DNA of 62,550 nt, counting the filler, from Dimorphilus gyrociliatus (taxonomy: Eukaryota > Animalia > Annelida): NCBI GenBank assembly GCA_904063045.1. It is 3 parts of 3 records of this genome, joined end to end, with 100 filler letters (N's around TTAATTAATTAA, not from the genome) between each part and the next. Parts side by side here need not be neighbours in the genome. Positions count along the whole stretch, not along the records: positions 22,826 to 48,030 come from CAJFCJ010000162.1; 2 more parts are not named here. The stretch is one strand, 5' to 3'. Positions 35,035 through 48,130 of the stretch are shown piece by piece. Numbering within the stretch: the first letter of the stretch is position 1; the number at the start of each line of letters is the position of its first letter. Below the pieces are notes generated by a model. That model was given only the letters and a program-made list of their open reading frames with translations, ran no database searches and was not told the DNA's origin. The position numbers and the translations under genes are program-made.

Positions 35035-35926
35035 AAATGCAGTTTATTGACTAATTGTTGTTAATTAAGATAGAGATTTGAAATTCAGTACATACATTAA
35101 TACTATAATGCTGATATCAAGTTACAACAAACTCTTATCTCTCTTTAACATGTTTGTAGAACTTTCTCACACTCAGATGTAATTTGATTATCAGTGATTT
35201 TAAAGTTTACTAACTAACTTCATGTTCCACATTGGTGTTATATATTTTATCTAGGCCAGATTAGCTTATGGCATGTTCCACAGGATTTTCCATGTGTCTT
35301 ATATATATTATAAATGTTTTTTTCACAGAAATCATTTATAGTTTGAAGATTAAGGAGTCAACATCACTTAAAAATAGCTGGTCTTATGAACAACTTCTAC
35401 AATTCCTTTCAAAATATACATCTTCAATGATATAATGGTATGTAGATATGTCATTGAACAGGAAAGTGTGTTATATATATTTTGAATGTTTTATTCACTG
35501 GTTCATATTTAGTTTGAAGAATAAGGAGTCAAAATCACATTTAAAAATACCAGTTAAATGAACATCCCTACAATTGCTGATGATTTTAAAATGGTATGTA
35601 CAAATTCTGATATACAGTATCATAATACATAGCACTTTCAATATGATATATATTAAAAAAAACCTGGCGATTGTATTTCTCTCAAAGGTTTTTGAATAAG
35701 TAGTACACAGGTATAAAATAGTAACAGATTAATTTTGTTTACAGCCTTCAGAAGCATATTACACAGTATTGAGTTATTGAAGTCTTAAACTGGTTTTTTT
35801 GCTATTCATTTTATCATAAACTCCATATTGTCAAAAAAATATAAAAGATATATATATGTATATATATCAACTAGAATATTTTATACTTTCACACATTTCA
35901 AATCTTTTACAAGCTACTTCCAAATC

Positions 35927-36231
35927 ATGAAATATCTTTTGGGCATTTGTCTTGTAATTATGCTGGCACATTGTGCAATTTCTGCACCATTTCAAAGTGA
36001 ATTGATGGAGTTATTAGATGGAAGAGATGAAGGATTGATGGAAACTCTTCTTATGAGAGAATTATTGGAGAAGGTATTATATATAGAAAATTTATTCCAT
36101 AAGCTTTATTTGTACTTTTCCTTCAGCGATATACTAGCAGAAATTCTTGCCTACATTGCAAACGACAATTTTTTGAGAATTGTAATTCAAGAAGATCATA
36201 TTGTCTTGCAACCTATAATATATCTTTCTAA
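35927..36231 (+). CDS. Small secreted prepropeptide, 83 aa, 2 exons (35927-36073, 36127-36231)
   Basis: Signal peptide MKYLLGICLVIMLAHCAISA and an acidic pro-region. A 53-nt GT-AG intron yields K|R, followed by YTSRNSCLHCKRQFFENCNSRRSYCLATYNISF and stop. Confidence 0.65.
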
Positions 36232-36825
36232 TATCAGAAAGAAGGGGAGAAAAGCTTATGTAAAATTAACAAAAGCTCCACACATTAAGGAAAAACACTA
36301 GAATGCATAATTTTTTGAGAGTAGAATGTTTTTATTACATCTGATATTTTTTCTCTTTAATACATATTTTACAAGATTTATGATTACTTGTATTGTACTT
36401 TGTTGTATTGTGATTGTAGGAATTTTGTTCTCATCCCCAAACATATTTGTCCATACCCCTCATTTAATATTACACCAAAGCACTTGTCCAAATAGAACCT
36501 CAACAAATGAATGATATTTGTCCAAAGTTTTATATCAAACTTTCAACAAAAAGCCAGTGTTTTCCAAATAAGATATGTATTGAATATTCTGAGCTTTTAT
36601 CTCTATCTGTACCCAGCTCACAATGCTATTGTTAAGTATTCATATTAAATAGTATTGAATTAAGTCTATGGTTTTCTAAAAGAGCATCTATATTGAACTG
36701 AAGTATCACAATTTATTTTTAAACATTCATTTTTTCACTCACACAGTACTGTCACATATTTTCCCTTTTATACCTCTCACAGTTACCCTTGTCATTTAAG
36801 TGTGGGCCTGATTCTACTCATCTTC

Positions 36826-37200
36826 AATATTACTAAAAAGATTGAGGGAAACCTCAATTGTAATTCAGACCACATGTTTTTCATTGCTGATTGTAAAAAG
36901 TGTAATTGGGCTATGGCTAGCTTCACCATATCTCCACTACTACATAGAATGTCTGGCTCTTTTGCAAATACCAACACTCTGAATCTATTAGAATGTTGGC
37001 CATCCCCATGGTGGCATATTAAAACAGTCTTCAATAAACCACAAAACAAATTCTCTATTGTGAATAACATAGAGAGCCTGAACAACAGCAATGACACAAT
37101 TCTCACCATGGCCAATAGCTGGGTGGGGGATGATCAGGATAGTAGTTTTGCAGGTATTAATCTCCTATTGGAGATACAGAGAGAAATTGACAGTGAATGA
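36826..37200 (+). mobile_element. Relic of PLE ORF3 from a diverged copy
   Basis: KKIEGNLNCNSDHMFFIADCKKCNWAMASFTISP closely matches ORF3 (27380-27500); the sequence diverges afterwards. Confidence 0.8.
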
Positions 37201-38619
37201 AAATTAATAGGGCTAGTTATTGGCTGAGTAGGGATTGAACACCTCTTTAATGGGGAACAGGTTGTGGTAGTTGGCAGTGAACAAACAGTTCCCCAACAAA
37301 AACACCACATCTGGTTCCTATATCCTAACCCTAAGCTATAGCCCCCTAAAAAGATACAAATTAGTGAAACTTTACAACTAACCCTAACCTAAGATAATGG
37401 AACCAACACTTAACTTAGCAGAGAAGAAGGTACAGACTGGACAGACATGGGACCTGTTCAGAACAAATTGTTAAATAAAAAATGGGGTAATTTGTGGGGA
37501 GACACCTCTCTATGAGAGAACAGATGGTTGACAGTTGGCAGTGAACAAAAGTTCCCCAGCAACATGGGTCTACAGACCTTATGCTACATAGTACCCAAAG
37601 GATATATATATATCAATGAGTTAGTTTTGATCCAAAAAAATCAGTGCTGTGGCAAAAATTCCCAATTCTGGGCCGTTTAGGAGTTTCGTTATGCGTCATC
37701 CTAGACGTTTCAATTTTGTTGGAGGTGATAGAGCTCAAAAAGAGCTTTTCACTGATATGCTACACGACCATGTAGCTTTTACAGTTCAGGAGTGGCTGAG
37801 CTTCGAAAATCAAAAATTTTCCGAGTCCAGGCAGAAAAATAAAAATATTTTTTTCTATCTTTCTGACGTAGGGGCAAGCTTGGATTCAAGTTTGAAAGCA
37901 ATCCGATGATTTTGAAAAATTGGCCTTCACTGAGGCTCTGGACTTGTAAAGATTTCTCGAAAATCATTAATTTTCTAAGTTCTTTGTCAGGTTAATTACC
38001 TGTAAAAACGTTACATTCGCCTGGGTACTTAGAAAGATTTTGGAAAAAATATTTTCCGAAAATATTCTAAGTCCAGCCTAACACAGTGTTAGGTTTTGGA
38101 CTTAGAAAAATTTTGACTGAAAAAAGTCGATAAATTTTTCAAAAATATTCTAAGTCCAAACTGGAGGTGAAATCACCCCTTATCTTAGATTCAGTTATAT
38201 TTCATGGTGCGGTAATGAATAGGGCTCTGGACTGCCCCATGCAAATAGGATTGGCCATATATGTACAGAGGAAGGAACATAGAATTGAATCTAGGTCTTC
38301 TTCTGTTACATTTTATGAAAAGTGACTTACCTGATTGTTATACCTGCGATTTTTGAAAGGTTACCCTCTAATTACTATAGAACGTAGGGTCGAGATACTG
38401 GTAATAGAGTCTAAGGCTGCCAGTCAGCCATCCTCACCTACCACCGTTAACTTCAAAGCTCCATAGCTCTGCAACAGCTGGGCCGATTTCGTTCAAATTT
38501 TGCACAGTTGCTCAGTTCAATTAGATCTAGCACTGTGTAAAATTTCATAACAATCGGAGCAAGTTGAAATTTCAACTTTCGTCAGTGGTCGACTTGCTTT
38601 ACTGACCACCAAGTAGGTG

Positions 38620-39007
38620 ATTTGTAGCGAAAAAAGTGTGGGATTGAACCAGTACCTACCCTAAGGTATAGTAAGCCTCTCAGAGATCAGTCTGGTGGCA
38701 ATCTAACCAGCCACTTTTCCCCTCTCACTTGATAAAGGAGGAATACCTCCGAAATATTGTGAGTTTTAATCTGGTGACATTGTTTTAGTTGCTAAATACA
38801 GGTTCTCTTCACCCTTGTGGAGAATTTGTAAGTGGTTTTGTTGGAGATACAGTTACAGCTTAGGCTGGGGAATTGCTACTCAAGATAGCAACTCCTCAAT
38901 AGCTACACCAACCCTTAGCCAAAGCTTGGTTATAAGTGTGTGTGCACTTTTGGGATTACCAGTCTGTACTGATTGTGCTAATCCCTAACCCCAAAACCTA
39001 AACCCTA
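38620..39007 (+). mobile_element. pLTR-like relic of a third PLE family with degenerate hammerhead and telomere-like tail; 5' boundary approximate
   Basis: Hammerhead-like fold at 38724-38763; ends CCCTAACCCCAAAACCTAAACCCTAA at ~38984-39007. Confidence 0.55.
38724..38763 (+). ncRNA. Degenerate minimal hammerhead (core mutated)
   Basis: Stem I CTCAC/GTGAG, core TTGATAAA in place of CTGATGAA, stem II GGAGG-AATA-CCTCC, and the same GAAATATT. Confidence 0.6.
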
Positions 39008-41953
39008 ATCAACAATTCTCCTATTCTTTGCTCCAAAGAAATAATATGTGTAAAAGTTAGTTCTTAGATACACTTTACATTTGACTGCCCTTGTTTCAAT
39101 TTCATGTAACTTCAATTCATAGATGTCAGCTGTTATTGTTTTTGTTTGCTGGGCTTCTATGCTACAAACAGGTTCCTCTGCTAGATCAAATGCCTGAGTA
39201 GTGTACAACTTTCGTTCTATTTTATTCTTATACTATTATCTATAACTTACTTAAAACCTATGCAAGGAAATACAATAACATGTGGCCTAACACAGACATT
39301 GGTTTGTCATACTTGAGGTTCATCCTTAAGTACCAATTAAGCTTTGGCCAAGTTATAATTCAATTAGCTTGCCTAGGGTGTGGCCAAGATACCATTTAAT
39401 TAGTTTAGCCAAGGTGTGGTCAAGTAATAATTCAATTAGCCTTCCTAAATGTTGAACCTTGTAACATCCTCTTACTAAAGATAAATGTAAACTAGACAGT
39501 TTGACAGTCATGAAGTGGTGATTGGACACTAGAGAATAGTCTTCAAGTATATAACTCCTCACTGCTTTACTCCAATTGGCTAACCTCAACCTGGGAGGAT
39601 CAACTGGAACCATCACCCACTGGGATCTTTCTACTTCCTCAACATTGGACACTAGTTTGGTAATTTGGCAATCTACTGTTACCCACTACTTACTCTGCTA
39701 TTGAACTTTCTTATTGTTACTTGCTTAAGTATTATTTTCAATAAACCACTTTAATTTAAACACTTTGTTTAAAGGTTCGAGTAGAACCAGTACTGTTATA
39801 AGTTGCAAATGCATAAATTGGCAAGACCAAAGCAGTACAATATTCACTTCTCCTAATAATGTATCACAGGCAGACCTAGATTCAGTTCTATGTTCCTTCC
39901 CATGTACATATATGGCAGCCCAGAGCCCTGTTCATTACTGCACCATGAAATTCAACTGGATTGATAGTAAGGGGTGATTAAACCTCCAGTTTGGACTTGG
40001 AATATTTTTGAAAAATTGATATTTAACACAGCTACACATACTTTTTTGTTTCTAAGTCCAGCACCTAACACTGTTTGAACACATTTAGGCAGTTCATAGG
40101 TACTGAATACATAAGCTTATAACCAGGCTCACGAATTCATAAACACAATACACCGAAATTGTTACATTTCATTCATTGATGGAAAGCAATATTGAAAGAG
40201 TATTATATAGTACTCTACACGCCTAAAACTACAACATACACTATTTAAACTTAGTTGTAAAAGTATTTTCCAAGTTAGATGTTAACCCTAATTATTATAC
40301 ACATCATATTTAATGAATATTAATTATATCTTCCACTATTCTATTTATATTTGGAGTTTTTAGATTATTGTCACTTTTGAACAGTATTGTATGCACAATA
40401 CTATATTAGATGATTAAGTTTAATACTTTTATCCTACCAGTTCTTTACACAGAAACATATTATCTTACACAAACAATTATTATTAATAATTTGTTATATA
40501 TTAAAATGGCATCAAGTTGACCTTTTCCTATTTTTGTGTTTTGGAATCAATCCAACTTCTATTAATAATTGTTACATCTTAGGCAACTTTCTGACCTACT
40601 AAAATAGGGAGCAAAAGTTCTCCAAGATAAAGAAAAAGTAACAAACATGGAAGTATATTTGAATCTTTCCCTTTATCCAAATTGTTACATTTGTTTGTGT
40701 GAATATTTGTGATCTGTGAACTGTCAACTATTGAAAAAGTATATAAACCCTACGAATTCAACAGTAGGTAGTTCAGTTCTCTAACCATTAACTGGTTGTT
40801 TAAACTTGCTTGTTTATTTAAATAAGGTTATGATCATATTTTTATTTCTTATTATTTCTTCTAAAAAGTTTTTTCCTTAAAGTTTAATCTTACATTACAA
40901 CTCAGTGAAAATTTTTCATTATAGAGCTGTAAAGTTTTTTTTACCTAAAACAAAAGTTAGCTAATACAATATTAATGTATTGAATAGGTTTTATATGTTA
41001 CTTTCCTCTTTCTCAAATATATATATATAATTGATTTCATTAAACATTGGAGAGATATATAAAGAATACTTTTATCAATTTAACCACAGCAAACCAAATG
41101 CTACAATTCAAGATTCCTTTTAAAAGTATATAAAAATATTCAAAAGAATGATTTCCATCAGAACCAATAGAAAAAGTTTTGGGAAGAAGAGGTGTATAAG
41201 AAAAGGATTGAGACAATAAGAAAAATAAACATGGTAAACAAGAAAACAAGAAAAAGGAACAGGAGAAACAGAAGGAAAACAAGAAGAGAAACAAACTCAC
41301 CAAAAGGATGAGCAAGCAGAAAAGGCAGAGATGAAGAAAGTGTTATTTATTTTAAAGAAATAGATATTAAAAAAAATGATAAAAATATATATTAACCAAG
41401 AAATTTGATTCAAACATTTGGTAAAATATTATTAAACTGAGAAGAATTGATCACTCTTACAAATAACTTTTGTTTTTGGCTAAAATTCATAAAAAAATAT
41501 TAATTATAGTAAAGAATGAAAAGTAATTATTATAAATTTAATACCAACAGCAAGACAGAATTGTAAAGTTATATTATATTATATATTTACTTTAAATTTC
41601 AATTTTGCCTTAAACTTTAATATATTTTCTTTATACAATTCATCACATTTCTATTAATATTTTTGGAATAAGAAATATTTATGTATTATGCAGAACATCC
41701 CTCTAATTGTTATTATTTTTTCCTGACAATAATTTTAGTTCAAATTTGATCAAAATCGGCCCAGTAGTTGCTGATATTAATCATACTGGCCTTAAAAAAT
41801 ATTCGTCATCTGAAAACTAACTTTCTTATTAGTTAGCTTAGAGCTTTGAAACTTGGTATATAGACTAATTTTGGTATGCCGATCTCAAATCTGCTTACAG
41901 AATCCAAATATCAGTTACCGTTTTTGAGCTATTTACAATTAAAGTGTTTTACA

Positions 41954-42398
41954 GGCTATTTTAAATGTACTTTCCATTCTGGTAGGTAGAAAATTTTTCT
42001 ACATAAACACTCTGTTGGAATTGTTTCTAATTTCCTTATAATAGCAAACTGTAAAACACCTTAACTTCTAATAGTAACTGATATTTGGATTCTGTAAGCA
42101 GATTTGAGATTGGCAAACCAAAAATAGTCAATATACCAAGTTTCAAAGCTCTAAGTTAAGTAATAACAAAGTTAGATTTCAGATGACAAATGTTTTTTGT
42201 AGGTCTATATACAAAGTATCAATTAAAATATAAAGTTGCCATAACTTTTGAGCTAAAAGAGATATTTGGATTCTGTAAAAGGATTTATAATAGGCCCACT
42301 AATATTAATCTATGTACCAACTTTGAAAGCTTTATGATTATTAATAAGAGAGTTAGTTTAACCCTGACGAATATTTCATAAAGCTCACAAATAAAGAA
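41954..42398. repeat. Inverted repeat arm, part of a foldback-like repeat extending ~41790-42560
   Basis: Reverse complement of 34597-35034. The subunit at ~41805-41915 is locally inverted relative to ~42070-42190. Confidence 0.8.
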
Positions 42399-42704
42399 TA
42401 ATGAATAAAACTTGACAGCGCCATATCTTTTGAACCATAAAAGATAATTGAGTTCTGTAAAAAAATTTGATATAGGCGTAATAATATCAATCTATGTACA
42501 GAATTTGAAAGCTTTAACTTAATTAATAACAGAATAAAATTTGTGACGAAAATATGATTATAGGCTGACATTTAATGTACTGTTCAAAAGTAACTTATAT
42601 AAAAAAATAAATTATTTAATGATTACATAAAAGAGATGCACTAAACTTCAAGGCAACGTAGTCCTCAAAAACTATAAGAGATAACAAAATTCTGTAAAAA
42701 AGAT

Positions 42705-42728
42705 TAACCTAACCCTAACCCTAACCCT
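42705..42728 (+). repeat. Short interstitial telomeric tract
   Basis: TAACCTAACCCTAACCCTAACCCT. Confidence 0.7.
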
Positions 42729-43451
42729 GAATACATACAGGATACTTTGACTAAGCATAGAGAGCATATTAACTTTGCAAATGATTTAGGAATTGATGCA
42801 GCCTTGTCACCAACACAACATCTATTTTCTTCATGGATAAGAAAACCTTTCAAAATACTAATAGACACACTTCTGCCAATTATACTCTTGATTGGAATGG
42901 ATTCTTCATCTACTTTATTTGAAGAAAAAACTGAAAAAGAGTTCAATTTACCAGACTGTCTAAACTACTGACAAAAACAAAAAAGATTACCTTCAGCTCC
43001 AACAGCTGAATCAGAAGAAATAGAACTGCAAAATTATCCTATGTCAGAAAAAGTGTGATAACATAATTGTCACAAGTCCTAGACCTTTCGTGGAAGCAAG
43101 GCTTAAAGGAGTGGATGTTTGTACACATACATCGTCAGCTATATTCTACAATAGAGAAGTAGTATTGAACCAGTATGTACTATGCAGATAGCACTGATAA
43201 AGATAAGCAGTAGTGACCTAGTTTCGCATAGGGCAGTGCATACACATTATGCAGTAATAAAACCTATTGAATTATATAAAGAATATTTGCTATTTGCAAC
43301 CTAGCATTAATATTACAATTTATTAATCCATAAATTTATGATTTCGAACTAAAACTAGTTCAATTAATTATCAATTATGCTTAAATTCTAAGTTAGATGT
43401 AATCACTATTCAACAGTATTGTAACACAATACTGTTCTTTTTAACATGCAT

Positions 43452-43750
43452 AATCAGATATACTTCCTCCTTATATGCTGATGCTAAATTTACTAACTCA
43501 ATCAATTGAATATCATTATTAAGTAGAATATAAAAACGGTCAAATATACAATCTACATGTTTCTTGATTGTTGACTTGTCCTACTAAAATTGTTACATCT
43601 TATGCAACTCTCCAACCTTGAAATTCAACTATATTTAGAAGAGGAAAACAATAAAAACATGACCATATTTAGAACTTTTCTTTGTCTTCAAATGTTACTT
43701 TTGTTTTGTAACATTGAAATTTGTGAACTATCAACCCTTAAAAGAGTATA
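43452..43750 (+). repeat. Dispersed ~300-bp repeat, copy 2
   Basis: Matches 8709-9012. Confidence 0.8.
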
Positions 43751-43845
43751 TAAACCCTACGAAATTAACAGTTGATAGTTCAGTTTTCTAACCATCAGCT
43801 AGTTGTTTAAACTAGCTTGTTTAGAACTAGAAGCTCATTTTACTC

Positions 43846-46800
43846 AGGGTTAGGGTTTGGTAAGGGTTATGGGTTAGGCCACTCACACAACTCTGGTAAT
43901 GTTTTTGGGAACTGGTTAGCTAGTGTTCCAGTGTAATACCTAACTTTTACTCAATGTTAGGTAGGGGTTCTCCTTGGTCAGGATTATAGATCTGGGCTCC
44001 CAGTCTTAGTCAGGTTTTGGGAACTGGTTAGTTGGTGTTCAAGGGTTCTACCAATTTTCCAATAGGTAGGAGTTCTCTATGTCTGAGCTCCTTGGTGCTT
44101 CAGTGCTCTGTCAAACTCTTAGTCTTATTCAATAACAATTAAATTTTTCTTTTTCATCAACTTTTTATTTTAAACTTTAAAACATATTACAACAATATTT
44201 CGCCTCTACTTGAGGCTTCATCAGGTTGTAAGTTAAACTGAACACAAACATAAGTATTTATACCATCACCACAAAAAAAATTTATATATAAAAACATGAA
44301 AACAAGATGTGCCCTTGCACTAGCGCCACCTAACTACATTTTTCTTTGTTTCTTTGAAGGTACTACTTCAAATTCATCACCTGATCTTTTGATTAGGAGT
44401 CTTTGTTGTATTCCAATATTGCTATTCTCTTTTGGATGCTTTCATATTGATACTCACCATCTTCCATATCATCATAGTTGTCATCATCTTCTTCCTCCTC
44501 AGTCTGTTCCTTGTAGGGACCATTTCTTTGTCTGACTAAGTTGTAAGAACTGTTGAAGCTCACTTGAGCTCTTGGAGCTCTATTGAGTTCTTGAGCTCTA
44601 CTGAGCTCTTGAGCTCTTGGAGCTCTACTGAGTTCTTGGAGCTCTACTGAGCTCTTCAAGGTCTCCTTGGTATTGGAGCTCAACTGAGCTACTGTAGCTC
44701 CTTGGAGCTCTTGGACCTTATTGTAGCTAACTGTAGCTTTTGGAGTTCTTGTAGCTTGTAGAGCTTGTTGTAGCTGCTGAAATTCATTACAGTTCTTGGA
44801 GTTCACTTTGGCTTTTCTGGAGTAGAATTTTTTCTATGTGTTTTTCCATCATCTCATCAACCTTCTTATTGATAAGCCAGTGTCTGTAGTAGTTGGATCC
44901 TAAAGGCAGTTATTGACTTATACATTTGGAAGTGAGAGCTGTTAGGGCTAGCTGGTGGATTGTTCTCTTGACTTTCTCAGCTATTAGTTGGCTCCATTTG
45001 TTGTGTATGAGGAGTGGTACCATTTCCTGGTGGTAAAACCTTCATGTTTATTAAGACCATGGGAACAGTGTATCCAAATGGTTGATGATTTCAGTTTCTT
45101 TTCTCATTAACCAAACTATTACTGAGCTCTCTGTAGTTCCTTAGGAGCTACAGCAGCTATGTAGATCTTGAACTTCTTGATATCATGTGTTGCCATATGG
45201 TTATATAGGGTCTATCTATCTTGTTTTTGAAGCCCAAATTAGGGTACCCCATCTACACTTGATAGTATCTGTAGTCATACCCACATATGCTAACCCACAC
45301 ATAGAGCATTGTAGGATATAGACACAACCCTTGTGTTACAGTTAATGCTTTGGGTTAAGCTCCAAGAGTTGACCGGTATAGGTCAAATACCTCATCTCTG
45401 GAGTCCAGTCTGAGCAAGTATCACATCTAGTGTTACAACATTTATTGACTTTATACCTCAGTGCCTTTTTTTCTTCAGCTCTGGTGTTGAATTTTTTAAT
45501 GGTGTCCCTCCCCATTCTCCAGTGTAGCCATTGACTTTATTGATTCTAATGAGATCTTTGAACTGTGAGATAGCCATTTTGGATCTTTGCAGTTTCTCAT
45601 ATATCTAGTTAGCTGGCTCATTAGGATACCTCTGAATGTGTGTGGTGGATGATTGGATTTGGTGTGTAGCAGTATTCTGAGTCAGTAGCCTTAAAATGGG
45701 TTTCCCAGGAAAGAGAGTTCCCTAGTATATGTAGTCCAAGTCCAGAAAAGTACTTGATTTAGGTTCGGACCAAGTGAGCTTGATATCGGATTTCTTTGTT
45801 TAGTCTTGTCTTGAACTCCATGATGTCCCTGTCTGTTTAGTGACCAAAATGATATCATCAATGTACCTGCCATAGTACTCAATGTCCTCTGTAAAATCTG
45901 TGACCAATTCTGTTCCCAGGTGTGTAACACTATGTTTGCATATCTGGACTAAATGGAGCTCCCATAGCTGTGCCCTTTATTTGCAGGAACCTGTGTTCCC
46001 AAAGGTGAAATCATGTTGTTGAGACAAATCCAAAGGAGTTCCAAGATTAGTTCATCAGGTCTACCTTCATGTAGGGGTTAACATGAACTCTTTAACAGTT
46101 TATGCCCCATTGAGGTTAATGCTTGGTATAGAGCTTCTACATCTGCTGTGAAGATCCCTCTGTTTTGCCAATTATGTATCATAGATAGTTTGCCAATGCA
46201 ATGTTGGGTGTTTTTAACATAGCTAGTGTACTTTTTGCCATTTTGACCAGATAGTGATCAACAAATTTAGATATTTTATATAGATCAGAGCCTACATAGC
46301 TCACCACTGGTCTCCCCTTGGGATCCTATATGGTACTCTCCATTGGAGCTGTGTTTATGAATTTTAGGTAGGAGGTAAAACTTTCTATCTCCTGGGCTAT
46401 TCTGTGGAGCCATCAGAGTTGCTGTAGATTTGGTAATAATTTTCATTGTAACCAATTCATTAAGGATTTCATTTAACCGGGTCCATTGGGTAGAGCTTAT
46501 TTTATTGCTGACCTGTTTGTAGGTTGTTCTGTCACAGAGCTGTGTCATGGCTTCAAAGACATAGTCCTCTTTGTCCATTAAGACAATCCTTCTTCCTTTA
46601 TCAGCTGGTTTAATGATAATGTTAGGATGATTGTTGAGGAAGTTTTTCATTAGGCCTTGATTTTCAAAACCCTTCTGGGCTCTATTAATTTTTTCAGAGC
46701 CCTTTATAATGTCATATATCCTGTCTGTGATATGGTTAATTTCTGGAATATGACTAGAGGCATGTAATTTAACTCCCTCATTAGTTCAGGTAGAGATGGT

Positions 46801-48030
46801 GCTTGTATGTCAAGAAGTTTTTTCTTTAGGATTATTTCGAAATCTTGGTGTACCATTTTTCTCAATGATCTTTAGCCATTTTAATGTATAATCCAAGATC
46901 CCTGTGAAGTGCAAGTTTATAAATTTATTTGGGCCCAAGTCCAGCAAAGCCTAGACCTTGTGCCATAGTGTTCAGGCAAGAACTCTTGATGTTAGAGTTC
47001 CTACATAGGTTAAAAACCATACTTGGTTCTGTTTTATTGATAAAAACATGTTTAAAAACATTATAATTTATGCTGTTGTGCTTGAAGAGTTAGGAGTTTC
47101 CCTGGTCCATAGTCTCCTCATCAGCACTCATTTTCTCTGTAATTCCTTTAAATAAGACAGTCATGATTGCCAATTCCTTTCTTAGTTCTGAGATTTCATC
47201 CTTAGATTCTTGTAAGGTTCTTTGTGTCTGGTTTTGTCTGCTGGTTTCTTGGATCTCTGTATGGTAGGAGCTCTTTGAAATTTTCATGGAGCTCTCTATT
47301 GAAAGAGTCATCTAAGGAGCTTTTAGATTTTTGGTAACCAAGTATACACTTTCTTTAAGTTGGCCCAATTAATCTTTTTGCCATATTTTTGTATCGATCT
47401 GTTTTGGCTACTTCAATAGCTTTCTTAACCTCTGATTGATTGTAATTTTGCTGATCATTTTTTATCTTGTCCCTCATTTTAGAGAGCCTCTCATTGAGCT
47501 CCTCCAGCACCACTCATTTGTTTCTCTAGCACAAGTATTGGCTATTTCATGTAGTTGGTTGAGTCTTTCCCCAGATGGACCTCCTGTGATTCTAATTGAG
47601 TCCATCATATCCATGGCCTTTTTGGTCCAAGGTTATATTCCTTAAGTCTCTCAATCTGGTGAATAGAACTGTAAGTTTTACTCATAGCTCTAGTCAGGCT
47701 TTTTCCTTGTCACTTAGAGAACCTTTAAAACCATTTGCATCAGGTGCAGTCTGCTCTTTGTGACTTGTACCCATCTGGGTTTGTCTGGAGCTCTGGAGTA
47801 GGGTCTTTCTTCCTTTTTTTTTGTTCTTCTAGGAGCTTGGTTTTGTTTAGGTCCATTGCCAAAGTCTGTACTGGGTAGGTTTAGGTTTGGTAAGGGTTAT
47901 GGGTTAGGCCACTCACACAACTCTGGTAATGTTTTTGGGAACTGGTTAGCTAGTGTTCCAGTGTAATACCTAACTTTTACTCAATGTTAGGTAGGGTTCT
48001 CCTTGGTCAGGATTATAGATCTGGGCTCCG
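43846..48030 (-). mobile_element. Second copy of the three-ORF PLE, inverted, with ORF3 deletion and many 1-bp indels; cut by the contig end inside the 5' pLTR
   Basis: Reverse complement of ~23633-28988. 3' pLTR at 43846-44240, ORF2 equivalent ~44786-47020, ORF1 equivalent ~47090-47866. Lacks the equivalent of 27195-28298. Confidence 0.93.
44187..44231 (-). ncRNA. Minimal hammerhead ribozyme, third copy
   Basis: Reverse complement of 28605-28649. Confidence 0.85.
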
Positions 48031-48130
48031 NNNNNNNNNNNNNNNNNNNNNNNNNNNNNNNNNNNNNNNNNNNNTTAATTAATTAANNNNNNNNNNNNNN
48101 NNNNNNNNNNNNNNNNNNNNNNNNNNNNNN
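48031..48130. other. Artificial contig-concatenation spacer
   Basis: 44 N + TTAATTAATTAA + 44 N. Confidence 0.95.

Noticed and set aside
38085-40078. ~100-bp inverted repeats at 38085-38180 and 39971-40078 as the TIRs of one element
   Set aside because: The apparent termini face inward, which fits two separate copies of a non-autonomous transposon end better. No shared TSD was seen.
44786-47866. Programmed frameshifting or long decay in the second PLE copy
   Set aside because: The differences are mostly single-base deletions, often in homopolymers, with very few substitutions. This pattern fits unpolished long-read error.
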